DNA of 60,704 bases, the filler included, from Dimargaris cristalligena (Eukaryota), in the NCBI GenBank assembly GCA_003614675.1. It is 3 parts of 3 records of this genome, joined end to end, with 100 filler letters (N's around TTAATTAATTAA, not from the genome) between each part and the next. Parts side by side here need not be neighbours in the genome. Positions count along the whole stretch, not along the records: positions 1 to 20,221 come from ML002703.1; positions 20,322 to 40,492 come from ML002704.1; 1 more part is not named here. One strand, 5' to 3'. The notes under the pieces are model-generated. The model searched no databases and had not been told where the DNA came from. It worked only from the letters and a program-made list of their open reading frames with translations. Shown here one piece after another: positions 12,096-22,140 of the stretch. How positions within the stretch are numbered: the first letter of the stretch is position 1; every line of letters starts with the position of its first letter. A program made the translations under genes and the position numbers.

Positions 12096-13635
12096 TTATC
12101 CGGAGAACGCGAGATTTACTGGCTCTAGTATTGCTTGAACCTCCTCCTGAGGTAGCCAGGAGGAGTCATCCAACGGATGCTTGGTTTCCTGAATTAATTT
12201 CTCGGTGACGGCCTTATGCATGTGAATGGCCACAGCGGGCTTACCCTCGAATTCACGGTAGAAATGGACATATTGGCAGGCAATCAGATCACAAAACACT
12301 TCTTAGGGGTTTCGGCCAAGGGGCCCTTGTTGGGGAATTTAGCCACCGCAACATGAAGGCCGAGTAGCTGGGCCCAGGCTCGGCAATTCTTACCGAGATA
12401 GGCTCTAACCGTGGGCAACTTCACGAGCGTGGAGTCACCGAACCCCATAATCAATAGCTGGAGAAACTCCCAATCGCAAGCGAAAAGGATTGTCTCAGAT
12501 TTCCGGGCCAATTTGATGAGTTTCACTAATTTGATAATGCTACCTTTAACCGATAGGACCGCCAATAAACCAACCAGAAATTCTCACTCGATATTGGCTT
12601 GGACGCCTGATAAACGGGGGGGGGCATTGCAATTAAGCAGACATCATTCGACCATAGAATATCTTTAATGACATCGGGGGTGGATTCAAGACCCAGACTA
12701 AGCTTTTGGAATACGGACTCAAGCCTGGAAACCGGCAGATCCAGCATGATGGTGAGGAGCGGAAAAACGGGCAATTGCTGTTCACATGACAGCGAGGAAG
12801 ACTTGATATATTCCCACTCCTGCCCAGCACGGCGTAGGCGGTTCGCGGTGCTCGGCAGTAGTTCAGGGGGTTGGGAACATTGGATTGCTAATTAAATATT
12901 ACCTTGGGCTGCATTGAGTGCTTGCTCTACACGCTGGTAATCATCAGATATGTCTTCTCGCAATACCGCACTCGCAATCTCCATGGGAATCAGTTTTTGG
13001 AAGATCGCTGCGCTAAATTTTCCACCTTTCTTAACGAAGCTGGCCTCGAATTCATACATTGGCTAGCAGCATTTCAATAATATACCCAGGCAAAAACGAC
13101 AATGGTAAGAAATAATTAGCCAAGTACCCTAACTGCTGACAATATCCCTAATCTTTTCTGACCAACCACTTGGCCATGTCGCTTACAGACATCTATCCAA
13201 TTTAATCAAGCCTGTAAATGTGCGGGCATTACTCTAGCACAGTACTATCATGGCGGCGACGGTTTAACATATAATGCTTACCCCCATAAGCGCTCGCATC
13301 CACGGGCTTTGCAAAACCATTTCCTGGCCTTTTGCACCAGTGTCGGCCATTGCCAGAAACCCGTCCCATGACACTCTATATGTTATGTTGTTGAACAATT
13401 CTTGAGGGAACCCCAGAAGTTCCGGGGTTGCCAGGATGGTATTTTGATTTGAAACCCCGCTTTCCTGATTTTCAATGACATCGAAGGGTGCATTGCCTTC
13501 GAAAAGTTCATCATCCACCAATACACTACTATCTACCTGACTGGTGGACCCGGGTTCACTTGGTTGAGGGCGACCGGAGGCTAAGCGAGTTAGGGCCAGG
13601 CCTAATAAGGCAATCGTCAAGAAATACGTTTTCAT
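12096..13635 (-). pseudogene. Disrupted secreted protein with an F-box-like motif
   Basis: Signal peptide MKTYFLTIALLGLALTRLASG-RP, then LLGFPQELFNNITYRVSWDGFLAMADT. GTAAGC donor at 13281 and an in-phase acceptor before 13062. In-frame TAA at 12894-12892 and frame changes near the poly-C run (~12620) and ~12295. Confidence 0.6.
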
Positions 13636-13829
13636 CGTTGGGACGCGCGAAGTGGTACTGCGAAGGGAGAGTGACTTGGGCTACCTCGGGATGAAGAGGA
13701 AACTACGTACTACAGTACGATGGAGGATTTCTATCAGGAAAATAGAAGGCAAGTTAGTCTAGATATAGATAAGGAGGAGGTTTAAGCCACGGAAGGGGTG
13801 CGGTAAGGATCAGAAAGGCCGGAACCGGG

Positions 13830-13847
13830 ATATATATATATATATAT
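13830..13847. repeat. (AT)9 microsatellite / TATA-like tract upstream of the 13635 start
   Basis: Read directly; ~200 nt 5' of the minus-strand ATG. Confidence 0.8.
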
Positions 13848-15329
13848 CAAATATAAGGGGGGCGGCAGTTGAGTATGCAAGTCAAATATAGACGGCAAGG
13901 TTTAGGCATCTCAAACACTATATATTGCCCATCCTTGAAACATTGAGCGAGTATCTCAATGATCAACTAACGAATGTGTCGCATTAGCACGATTTATGGC
14001 GGAAGAGTTCAAGCGAAGCTGGCATCTAGGCCCAATAACGAAACGAGAGGCAAGGTATAATGTGAATTTAGAGCTAGGGAGATGGTGGCTAAGCCAGGGT
14101 GTTAAAATATATTTCAATGGACAAGCCATCGTAATACTACGTCGCACAATTGCTAGCGAGTCTATCAGAACTAACAGCGCTCGCCCGTTCCCCCTTCCAT
14201 CTGGGGCCCCCTTTGGGCGGAAGGCCTCTCCACCAGGCCCCGCTTGCTTAGTTTAGCCGACTCCTTCATAAGTCGGGCAATATTGGGGAATATTACGGTT
14301 TCTGTCCGATTGGCATATTTGTCTATTATCCGAAAATGAAGGCAGTCCAGCCGGAGCGTAATCAATATAGGTAATATATCAACACCGCCCTTAGGAATGC
14401 AGCTCCAACAGGGCGAGAGCATATACCCAAGCAAGACCCGACAGTGTAGCTGATATTGTGAGCAAGCGGCGACATTTATAGACCGGAGGCATGTAAGAAG
14501 TACAGGGCCTGGTTAGTTTCTATAAACGACGGATTTCTTTACCCAACCATGGTGGCTATTGAAAGAAGGGGGAAGGCAATGCGAGTGGAATGTGTGGTCA
14601 ATTAGCTATTCACATAGGACCAACTCGTCGCACGTTGAATCACATAAATTTATGTCCCCAGCACATCTGTAGATGGGCCGATTGGTCAGCATTAGAAACA
14701 CCCTTTTGTCCCCGAACTTTAAAGCTCATGCACTTCAAGCGTCAAATATCCGGAAAAAAACTATGACTCGAGGCCTTTCTCACCCTACTCAACTTGAAAC
14801 ACCCCTCTCACCTAGTCTCTGCGGGTCCAAGGACCAACGGCTTATAGTCTGAGAGGGGATATATAGTGACCTAGAGGTGTTTCCGCTTGCTCAGTGGTGG
14901 CCGTTAAAATGGGCAGCGTTGCATTACTTGCATTGGTGGTAGGAATTAGTGCTAATATTTCACTGGTTTTCAAGAGACCCGATAAGATAACCCATTACCA
15001 CACAGCTGTACGATAATTTAAATTGTAGGTTAGTCTACGCCCTTAAAGTAAAACAACCACCTTCACCCCAGCTTGACAGATGTTTCTAATTCCGCGAAAT
15101 CTACTATTTTTCTGATCAGTAACCACATGCACTTACTATGCAGGAAAATATTATTATACAACAATGAAATATGCCGAAGGGGAATGCAAATATTGGAAGT
15201 CTATCTAGAAAATATAAAATTGAACGACAGTTATAACGTGAGCACCAGCTTGATTACTGTAGCTAGAGGCCAGCCACAAAAATGAAATAGAACTATGATT
15301 AAGGAGACCTCGAGTGGTAAAACTGGTCA

Positions 15330-17569
15330 TTAAGAGTGTGGTGTGGGCCACTGGGAAGAGGGTTCGTTCGCAGAGCGGTAGGCCGTGCTAAGGTGCCCCA
15401 GTCCCAATTTGGTCAGGACCGCCTGCTCCTGCTGGTAATAATCCTCGTCGGGGTTAGCAGGAAACACAGCGTGCAGTAGCGACTCACCGACCATAATCGA
15501 GGAGCCCTGCATCGATGCTTCCATCAAGAGAATTACCACTACGGCATCCTGGACAGTCACCCGAGTCCGCGCCATTAGGCGGGCGTGGGCCTGCGAGAGG
15601 CGGATCAGGCTTTCCAGTAGCCGGACCGTGGTCCGGGCCGCACTGCGCGAGTCGGCCTGGCGCTGCAACTGGTAGTACTGGGATAGGATTTGCTGGCTGT
15701 GCTGGGTCTGCTGGGGCTGGTAGGTCCCTTTGATAAACTGCAGATACCCCTGTAATTTTTCATAGTTCCAACGATCGCCAGATTGGTGGCCCTCCTGTAA
15801 TGTTTGGCCTTCGGTTTCTAAGATAAATGAGGAAATTGCCCTATAGGACCCGTTGGTAAGCGAGTGCAAATATACAAAAAAAAAACAAGAGTCGGTGAAA
15901 TCGGTATTAGCCTGGATGTAGAATACGGGGAAGGAACCTGCATCCAAACCAGGTATGGAGTAGGTGTAAGCGGGGTAGGGGCATCCTGTGGTGATATGAG
16001 AATCCCATGCACTTACCTATCCCATTCTTCGTTGGGGGTATCCAGAAGAACTAATATCAGGTCGAAGCGACTCAGCAGCGGAGAGGCCAGAGCCAGGTTG
16101 ACTGTTAGGCTCTGGTCGGGGTCGTATTTGCCCTTGGGGTTCGTTGCGGCCAGCACGGTACAGCGGGAATTCAGTTTGCACACGATGCCGGCCTTGGCAA
16201 TGGAGATAGTTTGCTGTTCCATGGCCTCCAGGATCGCCGTCTTGTCGTGTTCGCGGATACTTCCAAACTCGTCGATGCAGCACAAGCCGCGGTCGGCCAA
16301 CACCAGTGCTCCGGCCTCAAGCTGCCATTCGCCGCCATCCTTGACCGCCGTGACCGTAAGGCCGGCTGAGCTGGACCCGATCCCAGTAGTGAGTACCGAG
16401 CGGGGCACCAGTTTGGCCGCATACTTGAGGAACTGGGACTTGCCGGTGCCGGGATCGCCGACCAGCAGCAGATGGGTTTCACCTCGCACCCGGGTGCCAC
16501 TCGGGTCGACTCGTTCTACGCCCCCGATGAGAACCAGTAATACCGCCAGTTTGATGATGTAGAGTCCGCACACGGAGTCGCAGAAACTAGCCAGAATCAA
16601 GTTGCGCCCCACCATGGGCCGGCCCCGATACTGGTCCCAAAAGGCGGCAAAATCCGACTTCATTTCCTCGGTCACGGAGACACCGGCGCTTTGGTTATTG
16701 TGCAGAATCAGGTTATTGGCTAAAATAGTCAGTTCAATGTCGCAGCGGTCGTTTTCGTAGGCGGCCCGCCAGCGCCGAATCAAGTAGCCGACCACGGTGA
16801 CATCGTCCCCCGACTTGGCCCGGTCTACCAGGTCGTTCTCCAGAATCACCACGATGGAGTGGGGAATCGACCCCACCGCCAATTTGTTCACCTGCTCCTG
16901 GATTTTAAGTTCCTGGTAGTCAGTGCACGTATCCCCCACGAACCGACCATCTAAGAGCGCGGTGCTGATGGTCGAGTCACTCACCGGCATAAATTTATTG
17001 CCCCGGCAGGGCCCGTCCTGTCCGGAAGCCGGTGCTTCGGCCTGGCATCGCACCGGTTTAGGTACGAGATTATATTGTTCCATATCGGCCCGCACGCCAA
17101 AGATGCCTTTACAGGTGGTGCATGAGTAGAATCGCTGGGTTTCGACTACTTTGACCATGCCGGTTCGGATCACCGTGCCCGTCAAGCAGAGCAGGGGGCC
17201 CATGTCGTCGGAGGAGGGGATCGCGGTCCGGAAGAGCTCGGGGCAGTGAGGCAAGCTAGCGATACGTGCATGGGCCTGTTTCTTGACGGTCATGTCGGCG
17301 TGGAGCGGATGGTTATGCTTCACTCTAACTTGGGCCACCTGGAGAGCCTGGTCCAAAACGGGGAGGAGTTCGGCGGGATAGCGAAAGAGGCAGTGGCCCA
17401 GCTCGGGGCTGGTGTCCAATAGTTCGAGCAGGCTAAAGGGGAACGCATACTGTTGGTTCTCGTCCGGTTCAAATAGCAGAGTCTGGAGGGGATCGAAATA
17501 CCGGTCGACCAGTTCGTCTGTCAGGAGGAGTCGGTATTTGTCGAGATCTTCGTCGGCAATGTACTTCAT
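15330..17569 (-). CDS. MCM9: DNA helicase MCM9
   Basis: Exons 17569-16017 and 15840-15330 (~687 aa). MCM Zn finger (CTTC..C..C), Walker [10 protein letters not shown], Walker B CCIDEF and arginine finger SRFD. The segment [55 protein letters not shown] and [10 protein letters not shown] are MCM9-type. Confidence 0.92.
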
Positions 17570-18147
17570 GGAGGTGATAGAGTATCCGGGTGAACCAATG
17601 CGCTGGAAGTTGAGTGGTAGTGCTGCGGATTGTCTGTAGTGAGGTGTTTGGGCTACACCATTCGGTGGTCTCTAGAGAGAGGATCGGGCAATGGGGGGAG
17701 TAGGGGTGTGCTCGAAAGGCTAGGGGACCAGCAGGCAATTCGCACTAAACTATGTAGAACTGCTGACATATACTTGGGTTCGAATTGAACTGAGGGTTTG
17801 GTAGGGCACAGTGGTCCACGACAAAGGCAGTGGTCGCTATGCCCTAGTAATATCAATTAGACCGCTGTTTCCCAAGTGTTGGAATAGAATCGGCTTGGTG
17901 GACGAATTCCGGCCTTGGGGCTCCAAAAGAGTTTTTTTATTGCAGGCAGGAGTTGGACGCCTTTCGATGCAAGACTTGGTTCCGTTTTCCTTCCACCACT
18001 GTGTCAATTCGACATCGCTTTCTTTATGAAGCTTCAGTGCGCCATTTCCGATCTTACCCATCTTAGTAGGATTCGTATTGCTGGATTTACTATTTCTCGG
18101 ACCATTTGATTGATTACCCTCACTTTACACCATTCCACAGGTCAACC

Positions 18148-18704
18148 ATGGCTCGCGGCAAGCAAAAGGAACAGGCAAGGTAGGTGTGAAATGTGCTGGA
18201 ACTCTGTGACTCGGCCATCCTCTAAAAGGGTTTAGACCGAGATAGGACCCCCCCCGAGGTCTCTTAATCGCCTGTTTGGATAGATAACATCGTACATTGA
18301 GATATATCTAATATCTCCCAATACTGATTATATGCTGTTGGATTCTCCCCAACCAGAGATAAGGCCCAGAAATCTGCCGAAGCTCGGAAGGGAGGCAAGT
18401 CGCAGCTTGCTGCTCGCGATGCGGGACTGAAAATTATGTGCCCTGTCTGCAAGGTAGGCGTCGTGTTTTGCTGACAATCCGCTAGTGTTTTTGGCACCAA
18501 TGTTATAATTGAACCATTTATTTGAGAAATGCTAATTTCTTTACCCCCTTGTCTAGTCAGAAATGTCTAAACCATCTATATGCCTACTTCGACCCCTTGA
18601 TTCCGTGATTCTAGAACCCCACCTCCCATTATAAAGTGCTCAAGGAACACATGGAGGCCAAACACCCAAAAGAGCCTGTTCCTCCTGAAAGCTCATTCCA
18701 ATAA
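18148..18704 (+). CDS. Small 4F5/SERF-like N-terminus + C2H2 zinc-finger protein (ZNF706/At2g23090 family), 72 aa
   Basis: Exons 18148-18179, 18357-18453 and 18615-18704 splice in phase to MARGKQKEQARDKAQKSAEARKGGKSQLAARDAGLKIMCPVCKNPTSHYKVLKEHMEAKHPKEPVPPESSFQ. Not in the ORF track. Confidence 0.9.
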
Positions 18705-19282
18705 CTATTCACCATTGACACTCCAATATAGTGGTTCTGTATTGCTGCATAGTGCAGGTTAAAGGGAGGCTTATTTTTATCAATTTCTTTATTGGTTTTA
18801 TCAGAACTAGATTGTTACTGAAAATATCCCTGTCTATCCTAAAATAAGCATTGTTAATGAGCTCATAAGGTGCTGAAAGAGAGCAGCTGGGACCAGATAA
18901 ATAATTGTTGATGGCTTATTTGGTGCCTGTTTACCAAAGTTATCTTAGTCATACAACCCAGGTATTTAAACCTGCCTATTTTACTCCCTAGTTTGGAGAG
19001 ATACTAACCCTGAATGAACTAGTCTATATCACCCATCCTTTAACTGTATCCATTTCATATAAAAAACACCTTTATAAAAAACTCTATATAATATTCTATT
19101 TCATTAATTAATTCATTTATTAAGGCTGTTGAAGAGTGAATTAAAGCAACCACAGTCTTCAAGCTTAAATATATTTATTTTATGAAAAACAGAACAATTT
19201 ATTAAAATACTATAATTATTTTTAAAAAGTAACACCATATTCCATTCTAAGCACCCTTTTATTGGAAACCCCAAAGCATCCC

Positions 19283-20132
19283 TATCACCCAGGTTAAACA
19301 CTTAGTCCTTCAAGAGTCCTGAGGATAGGCTTCTGTGGTGCCATGGGAATTGATGCTGACAGCACACACAGTTGATCCGGCTGATAGCAAGCAATATGAC
19401 CATCTAATTTGTGATTTGTACTGATAATAAGCCACTGATGGCAAGTCAATCAAAGCCAGCATTACAAGACTGTGTATTTTTGTATATTATAATATACATT
19501 TTATTTTTATTTGTAAAAAATCATTATATTTTTGTTTGATAGTACTATTGACTGATCCTGAGATGAAAGGAATTGTCCTTTGTTAAGGGAAAAGTTTCTT
19601 AGTGAACAGATAAATTGGGACAATGATACATCACCAATTTGTTTGATGGATGGATAGAGAGACCAATAAAAACATAAACCTGGCAATATACTGCTGCAAA
19701 AGAGAAAGATATCAGTAATCATTATCATTTCTGGCAAATATTATTACTACTGTCCCATTTTTTTAATAAACTTACTTCCATTTTTAACAATGTCCTTGAC
19801 TGATGGAACTGAAGCTCAGAAGGGTGTCATAACCATAGGGCCTTTGAACACCATACATGGTGATATGGGGAGTGTAAACCCTATGACCACTGAACCCAAC
19901 ACTTCCAATGGTAGGTGGGGCTTAGGCTCAGCCAAGTGGGCTATTAACATCAAGTACAGGCATAGTACTAACTAATAAAGGCTAAGTACAGGTATAGGTA
20001 AGGGATGTTCAGCAGGCACACTTACTAGTTAGTACAAAGGGAGTGAGTGTATATAGAATTTATTGGGGGTAAACTAAGGGGTAAGAATAAGATAAGGAAT
20101 TTAACTGGGTCTAATAGGGCCTAGTTATACAT
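19283..20132 (-). mobile_element. Decayed LTR-1 copy (3' half), split by a nested insertion
   Basis: rc 19902-20132 matches ~2833-3065 and rc 19283-19333 matches ~3062-3114, continuing exactly across the insertion. Confidence 0.75.
19334..19901. mobile_element. Nested 568-bp TG...CA insertion (probable solo LTR of a second family) with 4-bp TSD
   Basis: Begins TGTGG and ends CAACA. Flanked by CTTC at 19330-19333 and 19902-19905; this site is single-copy in the uninterrupted LTR-1 at ~3062. Confidence 0.75.
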
Positions 20133-20159
20133 GGCCTGATCCAAAAGTTTTGTCACTAG

Positions 20160-20221
20160 TGTGGTGAACTTACCACATTTTTTACCTACTTTTATTTTTT
20201 ATCTATTTTTTGCACTTATCG
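20160..20221. repeat. Dispersed repeat, probable transposon end; copy 2, truncated by gap
   Basis: Reverse complement of 116-177. Confidence 0.75.
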
Positions 20222-20321
20222 NNNNNNNNNNNNNNNNNNNNNNNNNNNNNNNNNNNNNNNNNNNNTTAATTAATTAANNNNNNNNNNNNNNNNNNNNNNN
20301 NNNNNNNNNNNNNNNNNNNNN
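20222..20321. other. Assembly gap with TTAATTAATTAA spacer
   Basis: 100-nt N run containing the artificial six-frame-stop linker; the same construct is at 40493-40592. Confidence 0.97.
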
Positions 20322-20498
20322 TGGAAGGCACTAAGATCACCTACGAGTGATTAGTGCGAACTCCGGGAGGCCTGGCCGGTTAAGGGGCTATCAATGATGT
20401 TCGGCCTGGTTAGGGCCGGGGGGTACACTATGGCGCTATACGGCCTGATATGACGGCGGTCATATCGGTTGGATTAGGACGGATTAGGAGGGGCGACA
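20322..20498 (-). mobile_element. Young LTR-1 5' end, truncated by gap
   Basis: rc begins TGTCGCCCCTCCTAATCCGTCCTAATCC and is nearly identical to 60605-60704. Confidence 0.8.
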
Positions 20499-20879
20499 GA
20501 ATATCGCATGTAAATTTGTTCAAAAATATTGTAGTGTAATGAACTACCACTGATAAATCCGGCATTGGCACAATCAGGTAGCACGAGCCGGAAATAGCAG
20601 TTGCCAGTTAAATAAGGTAATAGATGATGTATTTACATCAGATCGGATATCCACTAGAGGCGGGAGACATTGAAAAGATTTTGTATCTATATGAATACCA
20701 AAATACATCTAGACAATTCAATTTTCGCCAGAGGGATATATTTTTAAAATATCCTAGGCAATTATCGTCTCTGAATATAGAGAATATTAAGGTGCCAGTC
20801 ATCGATTTGTAAACATTGACTTGTTACATGAAGACCAAATCGGAAACTGACAAATATGGTTTTATTGGAGCTAGAATGA

Positions 20880-22140
20880 AGTTTTTTGGGCACTCTATAA
20901 GCCATATTCGCTTAGCATCCTAGAATCTAGTTTGAATGTCGGATAGTCATCGCGCCCCTTTAAAACCCATCCAAAGGGTTTAAAAAAAGAATAAAGCTAC
21001 CAATGTAGTATGGCCACTACTACGCCTATTACTATTCAAACCTTAACCTCCTTTTTAATCTATCAGCATAACCCTATCAACAAGCCAACTCAGTATTTTT
21101 CTTCACAGCTATCAAAGGACTTTTTCTGCATTTCTTGCATTATCAATGCAGCCACAATGTCATTATAAACATTATGGATAAGTTCAAACTAAGAGATACA
21201 TTCCACTGAACGTAAAGTATTGCTGTTTAGTTATATATTTATTTGATTAATTAATAACCGAAGTTCCAGATATAAAAAGAAGAATTCCCGCCATTCAAAA
21301 AACATACAGGTTCAAACATGATTTTTTTTTTAATATACGAACCATTTAACCTGCACATTGGCAGGCACCGCCCAGGTTGAAATTAACCGGCGGCTGGTTT
21401 TCGTGGCCGACCCCTGTCTTGATCAGTGAGGGTGGCAAAGGGGTCGGCAGTGGGGTAGTCCTCTGAAAAATTCAGGGATATGCCCCTGGAGCCACCCTGT
21501 TGGGGATGGCTATTGTGATTATTTACCTGCGTTGTCGCAGGGAGCGGCCTCCATACTTTGATGAAGGCAGCCCAGATAGAGGTAAAAACGATCTTTGATC
21601 TGGCCATTTGTAAGGAAATATGTATATAAAGAAATATGTGGATAAAGCAAGTGAAGGGGCAAGTGGTAATGGTGTAAGTGCTGTGACTTTCGGGCTATCA
21701 ACTAGAAGTGGGAAAAGGAGACGGGGTTTCTTTGTCTTTTTATACTGAAGCCAAATGGCATTGTGTAATAATTTGGAGAGGTATAGAATGGTCAACTGGG
21801 TGTTCAAAGTAGGTTTAGACCATAGGGCCATCCAGTGTATTCACCGAGGGAACAATGACACAATTGGCGACTTGGGTTCATAATTGGGCAAGACATGGTT
21901 AGCATGCCTACTCATTCCCATTGACAGCCATCCAGATGACTATAGGGAAGTCCGCCACCAAGTATTCAGTATTGGGTTAGTTTCTGGGTTTTGGACTAAC
22001 GTAGCCAATCAATGCTATGGCCAAGGATACCTCCTATACTACCTGGTAACGGGACAGGACCACGAGAATGGCCAGTGACATTGAATGAAGGCTTCTACAA
22101 AGTGCGGTATTTTTTATTACTGTACAGAAAATCACCTTGG
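20880..22140 (+). mobile_element. Unclassified dispersed element (family X), diverged copy A; boundaries approximate
   Basis: Shares TATAAAAAG, the CATTTAACCTGCACATTGGCAGG module and colinear flanking similarity with copies at ~28.3-29.9 kb and ~38.8-40.5 kb. Confidence 0.6.
21343..21541 (+). ncRNA. Candidate structured RNA module, copy A
   Basis: Six predicted hairpins conserved in order in three copies, with compensatory changes. TATAAAAAG at 21271. Transcription is not demonstrated. Confidence 0.5.

Noticed and set aside
18752-18763. GTGCAGGTTAAA matching the family X invariant motif
   Set aside because: Only 12 nt, in a 3' UTR, with no flanking similarity.
20266-20277. Palindromic TTAATTAATTAA inside N runs (also ~40537-40548)
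   Set aside because: Artificial scaffolding linker, not biology.
21343-21541. Structured module as U1 snRNA, tRNA/SINE, HDV-like ribozyme or Helitron/piggyBac end
   Set aside because: Lacks ACTTACCTG, the U1-70K and U1A loops, A/B boxes and the HDV core. There is no CTRR end, and homology continues past the TTAA.
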